Shown: positions 10,242-19,866 of the stretch, in pieces | Layout: each line of letters begins with the position of its first letter | How positions within the stretch are numbered: the first letter of the stretch is position 1 | Assembly (NCBI GenBank): GCA_050699815.1 | Contig: JBOHFT010000001.1 | Span: 3,850-67,849 of the forward strand | DNA length: 64,000 nucleotides | Source: Pseudonocardiaceae bacterium | GTDB taxonomy: Bacteria > Actinomycetota > Actinomycetes > Mycobacteriales > Pseudonocardiaceae | Direction of reading: 5' to 3' | Notes under the pieces: generated by a model | What the model was told of the DNA's origin: nothing | The model's input: only the letters and a program-made list of their open reading frames with translations | The model's database searches: none | Program-made: the position numbers and the translations under genes

Positions 10242-11311
10242 GCGTGAGCTTCCGTAGGTGGCAGGACGGTGCAACGCTGGGCAGTGCAGGGCAGGATCGT
10301 CTCCAGCGGGAGCCGTCCAGGCGGGACGACCTCTTGCCCCGCGCGGCTGTTTCCCGTGCGGCTGTTTCACGTGAAACGGTGACCCCGTCGGCCCCGGTGA
10401 CCCCGTCGGCCCTGTCGCACCCCGACATCGGGTGGACACCGATCGGGGACGAGGCCGAGCGCGCCGCCCGGGTGCAGCACCCCACTGACCGGCTGCCCCG
10501 TCCGGCCCGGCGCCGGGTACTCGCGGTGGCCAACCAGAAGGGCGGCGTGGGCAAGACCACCAGCACGGTCAACCTTGCGGCTGCCCTGGCGCTGCAGGGG
10601 CTGCGCACGCTCGTGGTCGACCTGGACCCGCAGGGCAACGCCTCCACCGCACTGGGAATCGACCACTGCGCGGGCGTCCGGTCGGTGTATGAGGTGCTGC
10701 TGGGGGAGATCGGGCTCGTGGACGCCGTTGTGGTGAGTCCGCAGTCGCCGAACCTGCTCTGCATTCCCGCGACCATCGACCTCGCGGGCTCCGAGATCGA
10801 GCTGGTGAGCATGGTGGCCAGGGAGTCCCGTCTGATCAGGGCGCTGTCTGGCCTCGCACTCGACGCGCTGGACGTCGACTACGTCTTCATCGACTGCCCC
10901 CCGTCGCTGGGACTGCTCACCGTGAACGCGCTCGTCGCCGCGCCCGAAGTGCTGATCCCGATTCAGTGTGAGTACTACGCGCTGGAGGGGCTCGGGCAGC
11001 TGCTCCGCAATATCGAGCTGGTGCAGGCGCACCTCAACCCCGCGCTGACGGTGTCGACGATCCTGCTGACCATGTACGACGGGCGCACGAAGCTGGCTGA
11101 CCAGGTCACCGCCGAGGTCCGCAAGCACTTCGGCGACCAGGTGCTGCGCACGGTGATCCCGCGCAGCGTGAAGGTCTCCGAGGCGCCGGGCTTCGGGCAG
11201 ACCGTGCTGGCCTACGACCCCGGCTCCCGCGGGGCGCTGAGCTACCTGGACGCCGCCCGGGAGATCGCCCTGGGCCATGGCTGTCTGGGCGCCCGGGAGG
11301 TGCGTCGCTGA
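10238..11311 (+). CDS. parA: Chromosome partitioning ATPase ParA/Soj
   Basis: In the frame of ORF 10136..11311. GTG at 10238 follows an AAGGAGGAAGG RBS and overlaps the rsmG stop. Deviant Walker [26 protein letters not shown]. The N-terminal extension is low-complexity, so the true start could be further downstream. Confidence 0.9.
   Translation: MSVSFRRWQDGATLGSAGQDRLQREPSRRDDLLPRAAVSRAAVSRETVTPSAPVTPSALSHPDIGWTPIGDEAERAARVQHPTDRLPRPARRRVLAVANQKGGVGKTTSTVNLAAALALQGLRTLVVDLDPQGNASTALGIDHCAGVRSVYEVLLGEIGLVDAVVVSPQSPNLLCIPATIDLAGSEIELVSMVARESRLIRALSGLALDALDVDYVFIDCPPSLGLLTVNALVAAPEVLIPIQCEYYALEGLGQLLRNIELVQAHLNPALTVSTILLTMYDGRTKLADQVTAEVRKHFGDQVLRTVIPRSVKVSEAPGFGQTVLAYDPGSRGALSYLDAAREIALGHGCLGAREVRR
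10363..10378. promoter_or_regulatory. parS site 2 (TGTTTCACGTGAAACG)
   Basis: The 14-bp core GTTTCACGTGAAAC is identical to site 1. It lies inside the annotated parA 5' extension. Confidence 0.8.
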
Positions 11312-12354
11312 TGGCCACCAGCAGTGCAATGCCCGCCAGCAGTGCAATCCCCCAGCGTAAGGGTGGGCTCGGCCGCGGTCTGGCCGCATTGATCCCTACT
11401 GGGCCGGCCAGCGACTCGGTGCCGTTCGAGCGCCGAGACGGCCGCCCGGATGCCCCGAGCGGCCGGGTGGCGGGTGCGGTCTACCAGGAGGTACCTATCG
11501 GGGCGATCGTGCCCAATCCGCGGCAGCCTCGGCAGGCCTTCGATGAGGAGTCCCTGGCTGAGCTTGCGCATTCGATCCGTGAGTTCGGGCTGATGCAGCC
11601 CATCGTCGTCCGCCCACTGCCGGCTGAGTCGGCGATCGGGCAGCGGCCGGCTGAGTCGGCGATCGGGCAGCGGCCGGCTGGGCCGGCGATCGGGCAACTG
11701 CCCACCGTGTCCTACGAGCTGGTCATGGGTGAGCGGCGGTGGCGGGCGGCGCAGCAGGCCGGGCTGGATCGCATCCCGGCAATCGTGCGGAGCACCGCGG
11801 ACGACGCGATGCTCCGCGACGCGTTGCTGGAGAACATCCACCGGGCCCAGCTCAACCCGCTTGAGGAGGGGGCCGCTTACCAGCAGCTGCTGGAGGACTT
11901 CGGTGTGACGCACGAGCAGCTGGCGTCGCGGATCGGGCGCAGCCGCCCGGTCATCACCAACACCATCAGGCTGCTCAAGCTGCCGGTTGCGGTGCAGCGG
12001 CGGGTCGCCGTCGGCGTGCTGTCCGCCGGGCACGCCCGGGCACTGCTCGGTCTGGACGAGCCAGCTGCCCAGGAGACCTTGGCGGCGCGCATTGTTGCCG
12101 AGGGGCTGTCGGTGCGGGCCACCGAGGAAGCAGTGACCCTGAGCCGCCGCGAACCCGCCCCGGCCGCCCCGAAGGCGCCGGCCCCCCGCCCGATGCAGGC
12201 ACCCGGGCTGCAGGATCTTGCCGAGAACCTTTCCGACGCCTTCGACACCCGGGTCAAGGTGGAGCTGGGCCGCCGCAAGGGCCGGATTGTGGTGGAGTTC
12301 GGATCCGTCGATGACCTTGAGCGCATCGTCGCGCTGATGACTGCGCCCCGATGA
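11311..12354 (+). CDS. parB: Chromosome partitioning protein ParB
   Basis: ORF track 347 aa: [14 protein letters not shown]...[34 protein letters not shown]...[21 protein letters not shown]. Confidence 0.96.
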   Translation: MATSSAMPASSAIPQRKGGLGRGLAALIPTGPASDSVPFERRDGRPDAPSGRVAGAVYQEVPIGAIVPNPRQPRQAFDEESLAELAHSIREFGLMQPIVVRPLPAESAIGQRPAESAIGQRPAGPAIGQLPTVSYELVMGERRWRAAQQAGLDRIPAIVRSTADDAMLRDALLENIHRAQLNPLEEGAAYQQLLEDFGVTHEQLASRIGRSRPVITNTIRLLKLPVAVQRRVAVGVLSAGHARALLGLDEPAAQETLAARIVAEGLSVRATEEAVTLSRREPAPAAPKAPAPRPMQAPGLQDLAENLSDAFDTRVKVELGRRKGRIVVEFGSVDDLERIVALMTAPR

Positions 12355-12552
12355 CCACCCGGCGGTACCGGACGGGTGACGAGTCACTGGACTGGACGGC
12401 AGCGATGCCTCAGCAGCCCCTCCGGTGACCGAGGAGCGCTGGGTTGGTCCACGGATGGAGCGCAGACCTTCCAGCCGGGACGGTCCGGTCTTTATTAGTG
12501 AGTCCCGGTGGTTCAGGTGACGCTCGGCCGCCGCCCGCAGGTGGCCTCTTCG

Positions 12553-12798
12553 GTGTGCCCCGCCAGCGCACCTGCCCGGAATCGGCGGCGAGCACGCCGA
12601 GGACGATGCGCATCGCGGTAGTCTTCCCGGCCCCGTTGCTGCCGACGAAACCGAACAGCTCGCGCAGCGGATCTGGAAGCTCAGCTCCCGGAGTGCGACG
12701 ACGTCGCCGTAGCGCTTGAACACCCGGTCGATCTCCAGCACCGGAACGGTTCGCCCGGTCGTTTCCGGGGCACGCACGGCCAGCTCGCTCATGGGCAC
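12553..12798 (-). pseudogene. ABC-transporter ATP-binding protein, 5' fragment (frameshifted and truncated)
   Basis: MSELAVRAPETTGRTVPVLEIDRVFKRYGDVVALRELSFQI, then a frame change to ...LRELFGFVGSNGAGKTTAMRIVLGVLAADSGQVRWRG (Walker A). Similarity then stops, so only ~80 codons of an ABC ATPase remain. Confidence 0.6.
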
Positions 12799-12929
12799 CG
12801 ACGCTACGGCGGCGGGTCCGGTCCTCGCACAGCGACGTCTGTATCGGATCGAACCGTCACCGTTAGCCGAAGCCCAGCGCTGCTCTTACCCACTTTCCCA
12901 TTTCGGGCAATGGGGTGTACCCTGGCTCC

Positions 12930-13175
12930 ATGACCGACATGCTCATCGAGCTTGACGACCGACGCCGCGCCTCACTCGGCAAGCTCGGACGTCACCGGCG
13001 CTACCTTGCACACGAAGAGCCCGACGGCACGCTCGTGCTCACCCCGGCCGCCGTGATGACCGAGGCCCAAGCACGCCTGCTCGCCCGGCCTGACGTCATG
13101 GCCGACATCGACGCGTTCGTCGCCGAGCCCGAACGGCACGGTACAACTCGGCCGAGACCACAGCGTCGCGGGTGA
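12930..13175 (+). CDS. Putative antitoxin (small protein overlapping the downstream toxin-like gene by 4 nt)
   Basis: MTDMLIELDDRRRASLGKLGRHRRYLAHEEPDGTLVLTPAAVMTEAQARLLA.... The ATGA-type overlap with the next ORF is typical of type II TA operons. The fold assignment is not certain. Confidence 0.5.
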   Translation: MTDMLIELDDRRRASLGKLGRHRRYLAHEEPDGTLVLTPAAVMTEAQARLLARPDVMADIDAFVAEPERHGTTRPRPQRRG

Positions 13176-13465
13176 CCGGTCCCGAGTCGGCCGTCTACTA
13201 CTCCGGGCAAGCTGCCGACGCACTCGACAAGGTCGAGGCCGACCCTGGGGCCGTCGAGTTGTGGAACGCGCTCTGCGACGCGCTCGACCTCATCATCGAC
13301 CATCTCGACAGCGCCCCGGCACGGCGAGACGCCCTCCGCACCACCGCCGGCACTACGGTGTGGCGCGTGACCGTTCGTGTACCCCGTGAGACCGACGACT
13401 GGGCGATCCTCTGGCACCACGACGAGACCGGTCGCATTCTCATCGCGTTCATCGGTAGGTTGTGA
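13172..13465 (+). CDS. Putative RelE/ParE-superfamily toxin
   Basis: 97 aa. The C-terminal TTVWRVTVRVPRETDDWAILWHHDETGRILIAFIGRL resembles the RelE/ParE beta-sheet core (the YR..V.dyR.iy...d...v.v..ig pattern). Confidence 0.5.
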   Translation: MTGPESAVYYSGQAADALDKVEADPGAVELWNALCDALDLIIDHLDSAPARRDALRTTAGTTVWRVTVRVPRETDDWAILWHHDETGRILIAFIGRL

Positions 13466-13487
13466 CAGTCGCCGCTGTGTGAGGTGG

Positions 13488-13708
13488 GCGAGAGCAGCTC
13501 GGCCCGTTCCCGCATGCCGACCAGGCCGGTGCCCACCACCGGCCTGGCATCGGTCACCTCGATCGTCACCGCGTCGGCCTGCTGGTCGAGCCGGACGTGG
13601 GTCGGCGTGGCGCAGCACGCTGGTCAGTGCCTCTATGAGGATCCGTTGCGCGAACAACGTGACCTCGTCGTCGCACTTCCCAGCGTCGCCCCGGACTTCG
13701 ACCCACAC
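13488..13708 (-). pseudogene. Sensor histidine kinase HATPase-domain fragment (NarL-partner type)
   Basis: VEVRGDAG...EVTLFAQRILIEALTSVLRHA (N-box) and, in another frame, TIEVTDARPVVGTGLVGMRERAELL (G-boxes). No HisKA or sensor part is present. It ends next to the TA pair. Confidence 0.45.
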
Positions 13709-14184
13709 AGTCAGGCATCAGTGCACGGTGAACCCATTCAGATCGTCGACTTGGGCCGAGGAGTCACCAGTCACGTACAACCTCCGCCAGGAGCCACACG
13801 TTCGGCGTAGCGACGCCTGCCGCACGGCGGGCAGGCGGCCTTCTAGCCTGCCGGTATGACACGTACGGGGGCGCGCTGGATCGTGCGTACCAGTACTTCC
13901 TGTCGGTGCGCGGTATCGACCACCTGAGCGGGCATCTGGATGAGCCGGACGCGCTGCAAGTCGCGGGAATGCTGCACCTCAACGACCACCAGCGCCGACC
14001 AGACCGTCCGGTTGTGGGAGCTGCCCCGCCTCGACAGGTTCGCCGGCGGTGAGGCGCGAGAAGCCTGCCTCCGGGTCGGCGGACCGCTCGACAAACCAAC
14101 CTGGGAGCTCTACGCCCCCGGTGTCAGCTACCAGGATACCTGCGCAGGCCGTTGATCCATCAGCTCCGCACGGGCGTGACGGGG

Positions 14185-15147
14185 TCAGCCGCGGGCCACC
14201 GCCCGCTCGATCAGGCCGGCGAACACCGCGCCCAGCTCACCGCCGTCGGATTCGATCGCCATCGGCAGCAGTGACGTCTCAGTGAGCCCCGGAGCCACGT
14301 TGACCTCCAGGAAGTGCGCCACCCCGTCCGGGGTGACCACCGCGTCGGTCCGGGACAGATCGCGCAGCCCGAGCAGCCGGTGCGCGCTCACCGCGAGGTC
14401 GGCGGCCGCGGCGGCCGCCGGGCCGGCTAGCCGGGCCGGGGCGTGGAACGTGGCCAGCCCGGCGGTGTAGCGGGCGGAATAGTCGTAGCAGCCGGACTCG
14501 GCCTCGATCTCCACCGCCGGCAGCGCCCGCGGGCCGTCCGGCTCGTCCACCACCGTGACCGCGACCTCGATGCCCGCCACGAACCTCTCGGCGAGGACCG
14601 TGTCCCCGTAGGCCAGGCAGCTCACCATGGCGCCCGGCAGCTCGGCGACCTCGCGCACCACGTGAACGCCCAGCGCGGAGCCACCCTGGTCGGGTTTGAG
14701 GACCAGCGGCAGGCCGAGCCGGTCGACCAGCGCGCCGAGCACGGCTTGCGCCCCGAGATCACGGAAGGTGGCGTGCGGCAGAGCCATCCAGTCCGGGGTG
14801 GCCAGCCCGGCGCGGGCCAGTTCGTCCTTGGCGGTCGGCTTGTCCCAGGCCCGGCGGCAGGCCCTCGGGCCAGTGCCCACATAGGGGACCCGCAGCATCT
14901 CCAGCACCGACTGCACGGCGCCGTTCTCCCCCGCCCCGCCGTGCAGCGCCACCACCACGGCGTCGGGCCGGCTGGCGGTGAGCTGGCCGACCAGGGCGGC
15001 GTCGACGTCCCATTCCTCGACGTGCAGCCCGACATCCCGCAGCGCGCTGGACAGCCTGCGCCCCGAGCGCAACGACACGTCGCGCTCGTGCGACAGCCCG
15101 CCAGCCAGCACAGCCACGGTGCGATCGGTCACCCGGGGACTCCCCAC
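14185..15147 (-). CDS. ddl: D-alanine--D-alanine ligase
   Basis: ORF track 320 aa: VAVLAGGLSHERDVSLRSG...ALHGGAGENGAVQSVLEMLRVPYVGTG...PLVLKPDQGGSALGVHVV...LEVNVAPGLTETSL. Confidence 0.9.
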   Translation of the reverse strand: MGSPRVTDRTVAVLAGGLSHERDVSLRSGRRLSSALRDVGLHVEEWDVDAALVGQLTASRPDAVVVALHGGAGENGAVQSVLEMLRVPYVGTGPRACRRAWDKPTAKDELARAGLATPDWMALPHATFRDLGAQAVLGALVDRLGLPLVLKPDQGGSALGVHVVREVAELPGAMVSCLAYGDTVLAERFVAGIEVAVTVVDEPDGPRALPAVEIEAESGCYDYSARYTAGLATFHAPARLAGPAAAAAADLAVSAHRLLGLRDLSRTDAVVTPDGVAHFLEVNVAPGLTETSLLPMAIESDGGELGAVFAGLIERAVARG

Positions 15148-15153
15148 TGTGTT

Positions 15154-16512
15154 TCAGGCGGTGTCCGGTGCCGGGGACTGCGGGCCCGACGCCGCGCGCG
15201 GGCGCACGGTACCGAACGTGCGCTGCAGTTCGAGCTCGCCGTTGAGCACGGTGGCCAGCCGGCGCACACCTTCGGTGATCCGCTCCGGGGTCGGGTAGCA
15301 GAACGACAGCCGCATCAGCCTGCTGGCGTGGGACCGGTCGGAGTCGGTGTAGAACGCGGTACCGGGAACGTAGGCCACCCGCTGGGTCACCGCCCGGGGC
15401 AACATCGCCTTGGTGTCCAGGCCATCAGGCACCGTCAGCCAGACGTAGAACCCGCCCGCGGGCTGGGTCCACCGGCACCCCGGCGGCAGGTACTGCCGCA
15501 GCGCCGCCAGCATGGCATCCCGGCGGTCCCGGTAGGCCTCCTGGTAGGTCTTGATCTGGCCCTTCCAGTCGTGCTGGGCCAGATAGCGGGACACCACGGC
15601 CTGAGTGAACGCCGGGGGGCACAGGGTTGCCGACTCCATGGCCAGCACCAGCTTCTCCCGCACCGCGTGCGGGGCCAGTGCCCAGCCGACCCGCAGGCCG
15701 GGCGCGAAGGTCTTGGAGAACGACCCCAGATAGACGACGTTGCCCGGGTCAGCGGCCCGCATCGCCGGGTAGGTCTGGCCATCAAAACCCAGCAGCCCGT
15801 AGGGGTTGTCCTCGACGATCAGCACCCGGTGCTCGGCGCACAGCTCGAGCACGTCGGCGCGGCGCGGCGCGGCCAGTGTGACGCCGGCCGGGTTGTGGAA
15901 GTTCGGGATGGTGTACAGGAATTTCGCGGACCGGCCCTGGGCGCGCAGCGACCGCAGCGCGGCGTCCAGCTCGGCCGGGATCAACCCGTCGTCGTCCATC
16001 GGCACGTGCACCACCTGCGCCTGGAAGGAGGTGAAGGTGGCCAGCGCCCCGACATAGGACGGGGCCTCGGCGAGCACCACATCGCCCGGGTCGCAGAAGA
16101 TCCGGGTCACCATGTCCAGCGCCATCTGCGAACCGACGGTGACCGTGACGTCGTCGGCGTGCGCCCGGATCCCCTCCAGGGCCATCACCTCGCAGATCTG
16201 CCCGCGAAGCTGCGCGGTGCCCTGCGCCGAGCCGTACTGCAAAGCCGTCATCCCCTCGGTGGCGACGAGCTGGGCGAGGTCACCGGCCAGCTCGTCCAGC
16301 GGCAACGCCGGCAGGTAGGGCATGCCGCCGGCCAGGGAGACCACCTCAGGGCGGCTGGCCACCGCGAACAGTGCGCGGATCTCCGATGCGGTCATGCCCG
16401 CGGTGCGCTGCGCGTAGCGGTGCAGGTGCGGATCGAGGTCGCGCCGGGTGGGCGGCTGGGCTGGCTGAGGGGTCGCTCCGAGGGTCATGTGGGGCACCTT
16501 TGTTCTGGTCAT
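15154..16512 (-). CDS. PLP-dependent aminotransferase (class I/II, 2-aminoadipate/aromatic type)
   Basis: ORF 15154..16560: ...LAGGMPYLPALP...YGSAQGTAQLR...FLYTIPNFHNPAGVTL...VIVEDNPYGLLGF...YLGSFSKTFAPGLRVGW (PLP Lys). The start is ambiguous (16560, 16512 or 16488). Confidence 0.85.
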   Translation of the reverse strand: MTRTKVPHMTLGATPQPAQPPTRRDLDPHLHRYAQRTAGMTASEIRALFAVASRPEVVSLAGGMPYLPALPLDELAGDLAQLVATEGMTALQYGSAQGTAQLRGQICEVMALEGIRAHADDVTVTVGSQMALDMVTRIFCDPGDVVLAEAPSYVGALATFTSFQAQVVHVPMDDDGLIPAELDAALRSLRAQGRSAKFLYTIPNFHNPAGVTLAAPRRADVLELCAEHRVLIVEDNPYGLLGFDGQTYPAMRAADPGNVVYLGSFSKTFAPGLRVGWALAPHAVREKLVLAMESATLCPPAFTQAVVSRYLAQHDWKGQIKTYQEAYRDRRDAMLAALRQYLPPGCRWTQPAGGFYVWLTVPDGLDTKAMLPRAVTQRVAYVPGTAFYTDSDRSHASRLMRLSFCYPTPERITEGVRRLATVLNGELELQRTFGTVRPRAASGPQSPAPDTA

Positions 16513-16565
16513 GTCCTCTGGAAGTGTAAAGCTCGCCACAGCTGGACCCGCTGTCTTCACTCCGG

Positions 16566-17282
16566 GTGGTCAGCGGCATATGCTCCCGAGGCGTTCTGCG
16601 CCCGGTCGCGGGCACCCGCAGGCGCGCTGGCACGACCATTGCGGGAGGCCCGGTGTCACGTCGAGCGGTCGGCGTCACCTTAGACAATCTCGGTCTTTTG
16701 CCCAAGAAGTGCCGGCATTGCGTGTTCTGGGAGCTCGCTCCCCACATCCGGGAGCAGGCCGAGGACTTCGGCCAGACCGAGGTGGAGAAGGAGGCCTGGG
16801 TCTCCAGCGTGTTGCTGGAGTGGGGTTCCTGCGGGCGGATCGTGATGTGCGGTGACGTGCCGGCCGGTTACGCGCTGTACGCCCCGCCGGCCGCGGTGCC
16901 GCGGGCCGCGGCGTTTCCCACCGCACCGGTCAGCGCCGATGCCGTGCTGCTCACGGCGCTGACGGTGCTGCCGGAGTTCGGCGGCGGTGGCCTGGGCCGG
17001 ATGCTGGTGCAGGCGGTCGCCAAGGACCTCATCCGGCGCGGCGTGAAGGCCGTCGAGGCCTTCGGTGACGCCCAGCCCGGCGAGGAGTCCAGTTGCGTGA
17101 TCCCGGCCGAGTTCCTGCAGCAGGTCGGGTTCAAGACGGTGCACGCGCACCCGCGCTGGCCCCGGCTGCGCCTGGAACTGCGCACCGCGCTGACCTGGAA
17201 GGAAGACGTCGAGGCGGCCCTGGAACGGCTGCTGACGTCGGTGACGATCCACACCGCCGAGCCCACCCTGCGCCCGGCCTGA
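16566..17282 (+). CDS. GNAT-family N-acetyltransferase
   Basis: ORF track: ...VLLTALTVLPEFGGGGLGRMLVQAVAKDLIRRGVKAVEAF... (the acetyl-CoA Q/RxxGxG/A motif). The start is uncertain. Confidence 0.7.
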   Translation: MVSGICSRGVLRPVAGTRRRAGTTIAGGPVSRRAVGVTLDNLGLLPKKCRHCVFWELAPHIREQAEDFGQTEVEKEAWVSSVLLEWGSCGRIVMCGDVPAGYALYAPPAAVPRAAAFPTAPVSADAVLLTALTVLPEFGGGGLGRMLVQAVAKDLIRRGVKAVEAFGDAQPGEESSCVIPAEFLQQVGFKTVHAHPRWPRLRLELRTALTWKEDVEAALERLLTSVTIHTAEPTLRPA

Positions 17283-17325
17283 CGACGGTCGAGTGAGCAC
17301 CGTATGAGTTCTGTACCTTCAGCGT

Positions 17326-17583
17326 ATGAGCGGTAAGAAGGAGCGGATCACCGTCAGCCTGGATCCCGGCATCGCCGCGAGGCTCAAGGCTGCCGCTGAG
17401 CGGGCCGGCGCGGCCAGCGTGTCGGAGTACGTCGAAGGCGCCCTCGATGCCCGGATGGTTCGCGATCACTGGCTGGCTCGCTGGCGGGATGCGGCCGGGG
17501 AAGCCGATCCTGAGGCGCTGGCCTACGCCCGCCGTGCCCTGCTCGGTGAGCGGGTCGAGCAGCATCGTCCGCAGGCGTCGTGA
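17326..17583 (+). CDS. Ribbon-helix-helix (CopG-type) antitoxin
   Basis: MSGKKERITVSLDPGIAARLKAAAERAGAASVSEYVEGAL. It overlaps the next ORF by 4 nt. Confidence 0.65.
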   Translation: MSGKKERITVSLDPGIAARLKAAAERAGAASVSEYVEGALDARMVRDHWLARWRDAAGEADPEALAYARRALLGERVEQHRPQAS

Positions 17584-17984
17584 GCGGCAGGGTCCTGACC
17601 TGCTCCGCCATCGTGGACATCGCCACTGGCCGCTCGGTGTACGGCCGGGCGTTCCTGGTGGCCGCCGTCGAACTTGGGATGATCTTACCGACCCCCTCGA
17701 CCGCGCTCCTGCAGGCCTGGGCTGCCGTCCCGCCGCAGGCACGGGCGCTGCTGGAGCTGTTCCTGGACGCCCCAGCAGTCGTCGTCGAGGACCTCACTGG
17801 GCCCGTGGCCGGCCGGGCCGGCGTGCGCGCCCACCCGGCGCACCAGGCCGGGTGCTTCGATGTGGCCGCTGCCCACGCGGTAGACGTGGCGATGGCCCGC
17901 GGGCTGGCCATCCTGACCGCAGAACCCGGCCCGCTGCGCGCGATCCACCCGGACGTGGAGATCGAGGAGCTGCCCGAACCGTAG
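17580..17984 (+). CDS. PIN-like domain protein, probably degenerate (first acidic residue replaced)
   Basis: 134 aa. RVLTCSAIVDIATG occupies the position of the usual VLDTSALV, followed by ...FDVAAAHAVDVAMARGLAILTAEP. Translationally coupled to the RHH gene. Confidence 0.45.
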   Translation: MSGRVLTCSAIVDIATGRSVYGRAFLVAAVELGMILPTPSTALLQAWAAVPPQARALLELFLDAPAVVVEDLTGPVAGRAGVRAHPAHQAGCFDVAAAHAVDVAMARGLAILTAEPGPLRAIHPDVEIEELPEP

Positions 17985-18256
17985 CGCCGCGTCACCGCCG
18001 TGAACTCGACGCCACCGACGTCCCGGTAAGGCCGAAACGTCCGTGGCGTCGAGTTCACGAGCCGCACCCACCAGGTCGGGTCGGCTCGACCGGCGCTGTG
18101 GTGTCCGGTCGGCCGCCGGGAGCTGTCTCAGCCGACGGCCGTCCGGAGTCTGGGGAATTGCGGAACTGCGCAGCGGGTGTCCGCAAGGTTGCCAGCGCCT
18201 CGCATGTCGGGCAGCTGGGCCCGGCGGGCTGGGCGCTGGTGGGCACCGACCACAGC

Positions 18257-19075
18257 ATGCGGTGCCCGCAGACTCGGCTGAGCCGGTACCGCAACGAGCG
18301 CGACATGTCCGGCACGACGCTGGCCGCCGAGCTCGGCATCGGCCAGCCGCAGATGTCCCGGCTGGAGACTGGCAAGGCGAAGGTCACCCCGGCGGCACTG
18401 GCCCGCTTGGTGGAGGTGCTGGGCATCCCCGAGGGCGATGCCCGCAGGCTTGATGAGTTGCGTCGGCGCTCAGCTGAGCCGGGCTGGTGGCAGGACTACG
18501 GGGACATTCTCAGTGAGCCGGTGGAAATGCTCATTGAGCTGGAGGTGGAGGCGTCCTGGATCCGCAGCTATGAGGGGCATGTGATCCCCGGCCTGCTGCA
18601 GACCCGGGACTACGCCGAGCGGGTTATGACCGCGGGTTCCATGCACATCCGGGTGGCCGATATCGACCGTTACCTGGAGTTGCGGATGCGCCGTCAGCAG
18701 CGCCTCGCCGAGGGGATGCGGTTCACGACTGTGCTGTCGGAGGCGGTGATCCGCCAGCAGGTCGGTGGCCCGGAGGTGCTGCGCGATCAGTTGCGCCACA
18801 TCACCCGGGTCACCCGGGAGTTCGATGTCACCGTTCAGGTGGTGCCCTTCACCGCTGACGCGCACGCCGCGCTGGCCGCTTCCTTCGTCATCATCCAGTG
18901 GCCCGACGAGCACGACGCCGAAGCCGTCTACGTCGACGGCGAGACCAGTTTCACTGTCTATGAGCGCGACGGCGTCATCCGCCAGTATGTGCACGCCTTC
19001 GCCTCTGCGAAGGCCCAAGCGCTCCCACCCCGGGAGTCTCTCGACCTGATCCACACCGTGATGAAGGAGCTGTGA
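18257..19075 (+). CDS. XRE-family HTH regulator with DUF5753-type C-terminal domain (WhiJ/Scr1-like)
   Basis: In the frame of ORF 17447..19075: LSRYRNERDMSGTTLAAELGIGQPQMSRLETGKAKVT...WWQDYGDIL...IPGLLQTRDYAERV. The start is uncertain. Confidence 0.8.
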   Translation: MRCPQTRLSRYRNERDMSGTTLAAELGIGQPQMSRLETGKAKVTPAALARLVEVLGIPEGDARRLDELRRRSAEPGWWQDYGDILSEPVEMLIELEVEASWIRSYEGHVIPGLLQTRDYAERVMTAGSMHIRVADIDRYLELRMRRQQRLAEGMRFTTVLSEAVIRQQVGGPEVLRDQLRHITRVTREFDVTVQVVPFTADAHAALAASFVIIQWPDEHDAEAVYVDGETSFTVYERDGVIRQYVHAFASAKAQALPPRESLDLIHTVMKEL

Positions 19076-19290
19076 CCATGAACGACACGCCCCTCGCGGC
19101 ACTGGCCGACGCCACCTACCGGAAGTCCACCCGCAGCTCAGCCGCTGGCAGCTGCGTGGAGGTCGCCGCCCTCCCCGGCGGCCACCGCGCCGTCCGCGAC
19201 AGCAAACACCCCGCCGGCCCCGCCCTCACCGTCACCGCAGCCGAATGGACCGCCTTCACCACCAGCCTCCGCACCGGCAAGTTCGACTGA
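19072..19290 (+). CDS. DUF397 (BldB-like) small protein
   Basis: YRKSTRSSAAGSCVEVAALPGGHRAVRDSKHPAGPALTVTAAEWTAFTTSLRTGKFD. Has the classic 4-nt overlap with the upstream XRE gene. Confidence 0.88.
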   Translation: MTMNDTPLAALADATYRKSTRSSAAGSCVEVAALPGGHRAVRDSKHPAGPALTVTAAEWTAFTTSLRTGKFD

Positions 19291-19391
19291 CCCACCCAAC
19301 AACGACCGGCCAGTGGATGCCCCTGGCCGAAGACTGGTCACCACACGGCCGCCGCTGGCCCGGGCTGCAGCAGTCCGTCAGTGTGGCGCCG

Positions 19392-19628
19392 TTACGCGGA
19401 CCCTTCGGACACCCGGAACAGCACACCGTTGCTGTCGTGGGTGTACCGGCGGCGCGCATTTTTGGTGATCTTCTGCTCGATCTCGCCGTCGAGATCGACA
19501 CCATTCATCTCGGCCAGCGCGAACAGATAAAGGGCCACGTCGGCCAGCTCCTCGCCGAGATCGGGCCGGGCCCGACGCCATGCCTGGAAACTCTCGGCGA
19601 CCTCGCCGTGCAACAGCATGAACTCCAA
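19392..19628 (-). CDS. MazG-like nucleotide pyrophosphohydrolase domain, apparently 5'-truncated
   Basis: 78 aa: LLHGEVAESFQAWRR...LGEELADVALYLFALAEMNGVDLDGEIEQKITKNARRRY (the EExxE...D metal motif region). It starts at a TTG. MazG-like sequence seems to continue upstream across an in-frame TAA. Confidence 0.5.
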   Translation of the reverse strand: MEFMLLHGEVAESFQAWRRARPDLGEELADVALYLFALAEMNGVDLDGEIEQKITKNARRRYTHDSNGVLFRVSEGSA

Positions 19629-19866
19629 GGGGACATCGCTGGTGTTGAACAGGCGTCTGACGGTGGGTTACCGGGTGTCGAGTCGGACGACGGTGGTGGC
19701 CTCGGTTGCCGAGCAGTGGGATCCGGCTCTGGGCTCTGCGGGCCATTCGGCCGATCGCCGGGGCAAGATCTGGCGCCACCGCCCCGTCCTTGAGATCAAC
19801 ACTGCTGATGCCCTGCCGGTGGTCTTGGGTCTACACATCAGCACCTCCTGTTAGCCTCCCTCGACG

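Noticed and set aside
14185-15147. The Ddl enzyme as a VanA-type D-Ala-D-Lac ligase forming a resistance set with the Fem-like and M15-like genes at the far end.
   Set aside because: No vanH- or vanX-like genes are adjacent, and the other genes lie ~48 kb away. I cannot judge the specificity-loop residues by eye.
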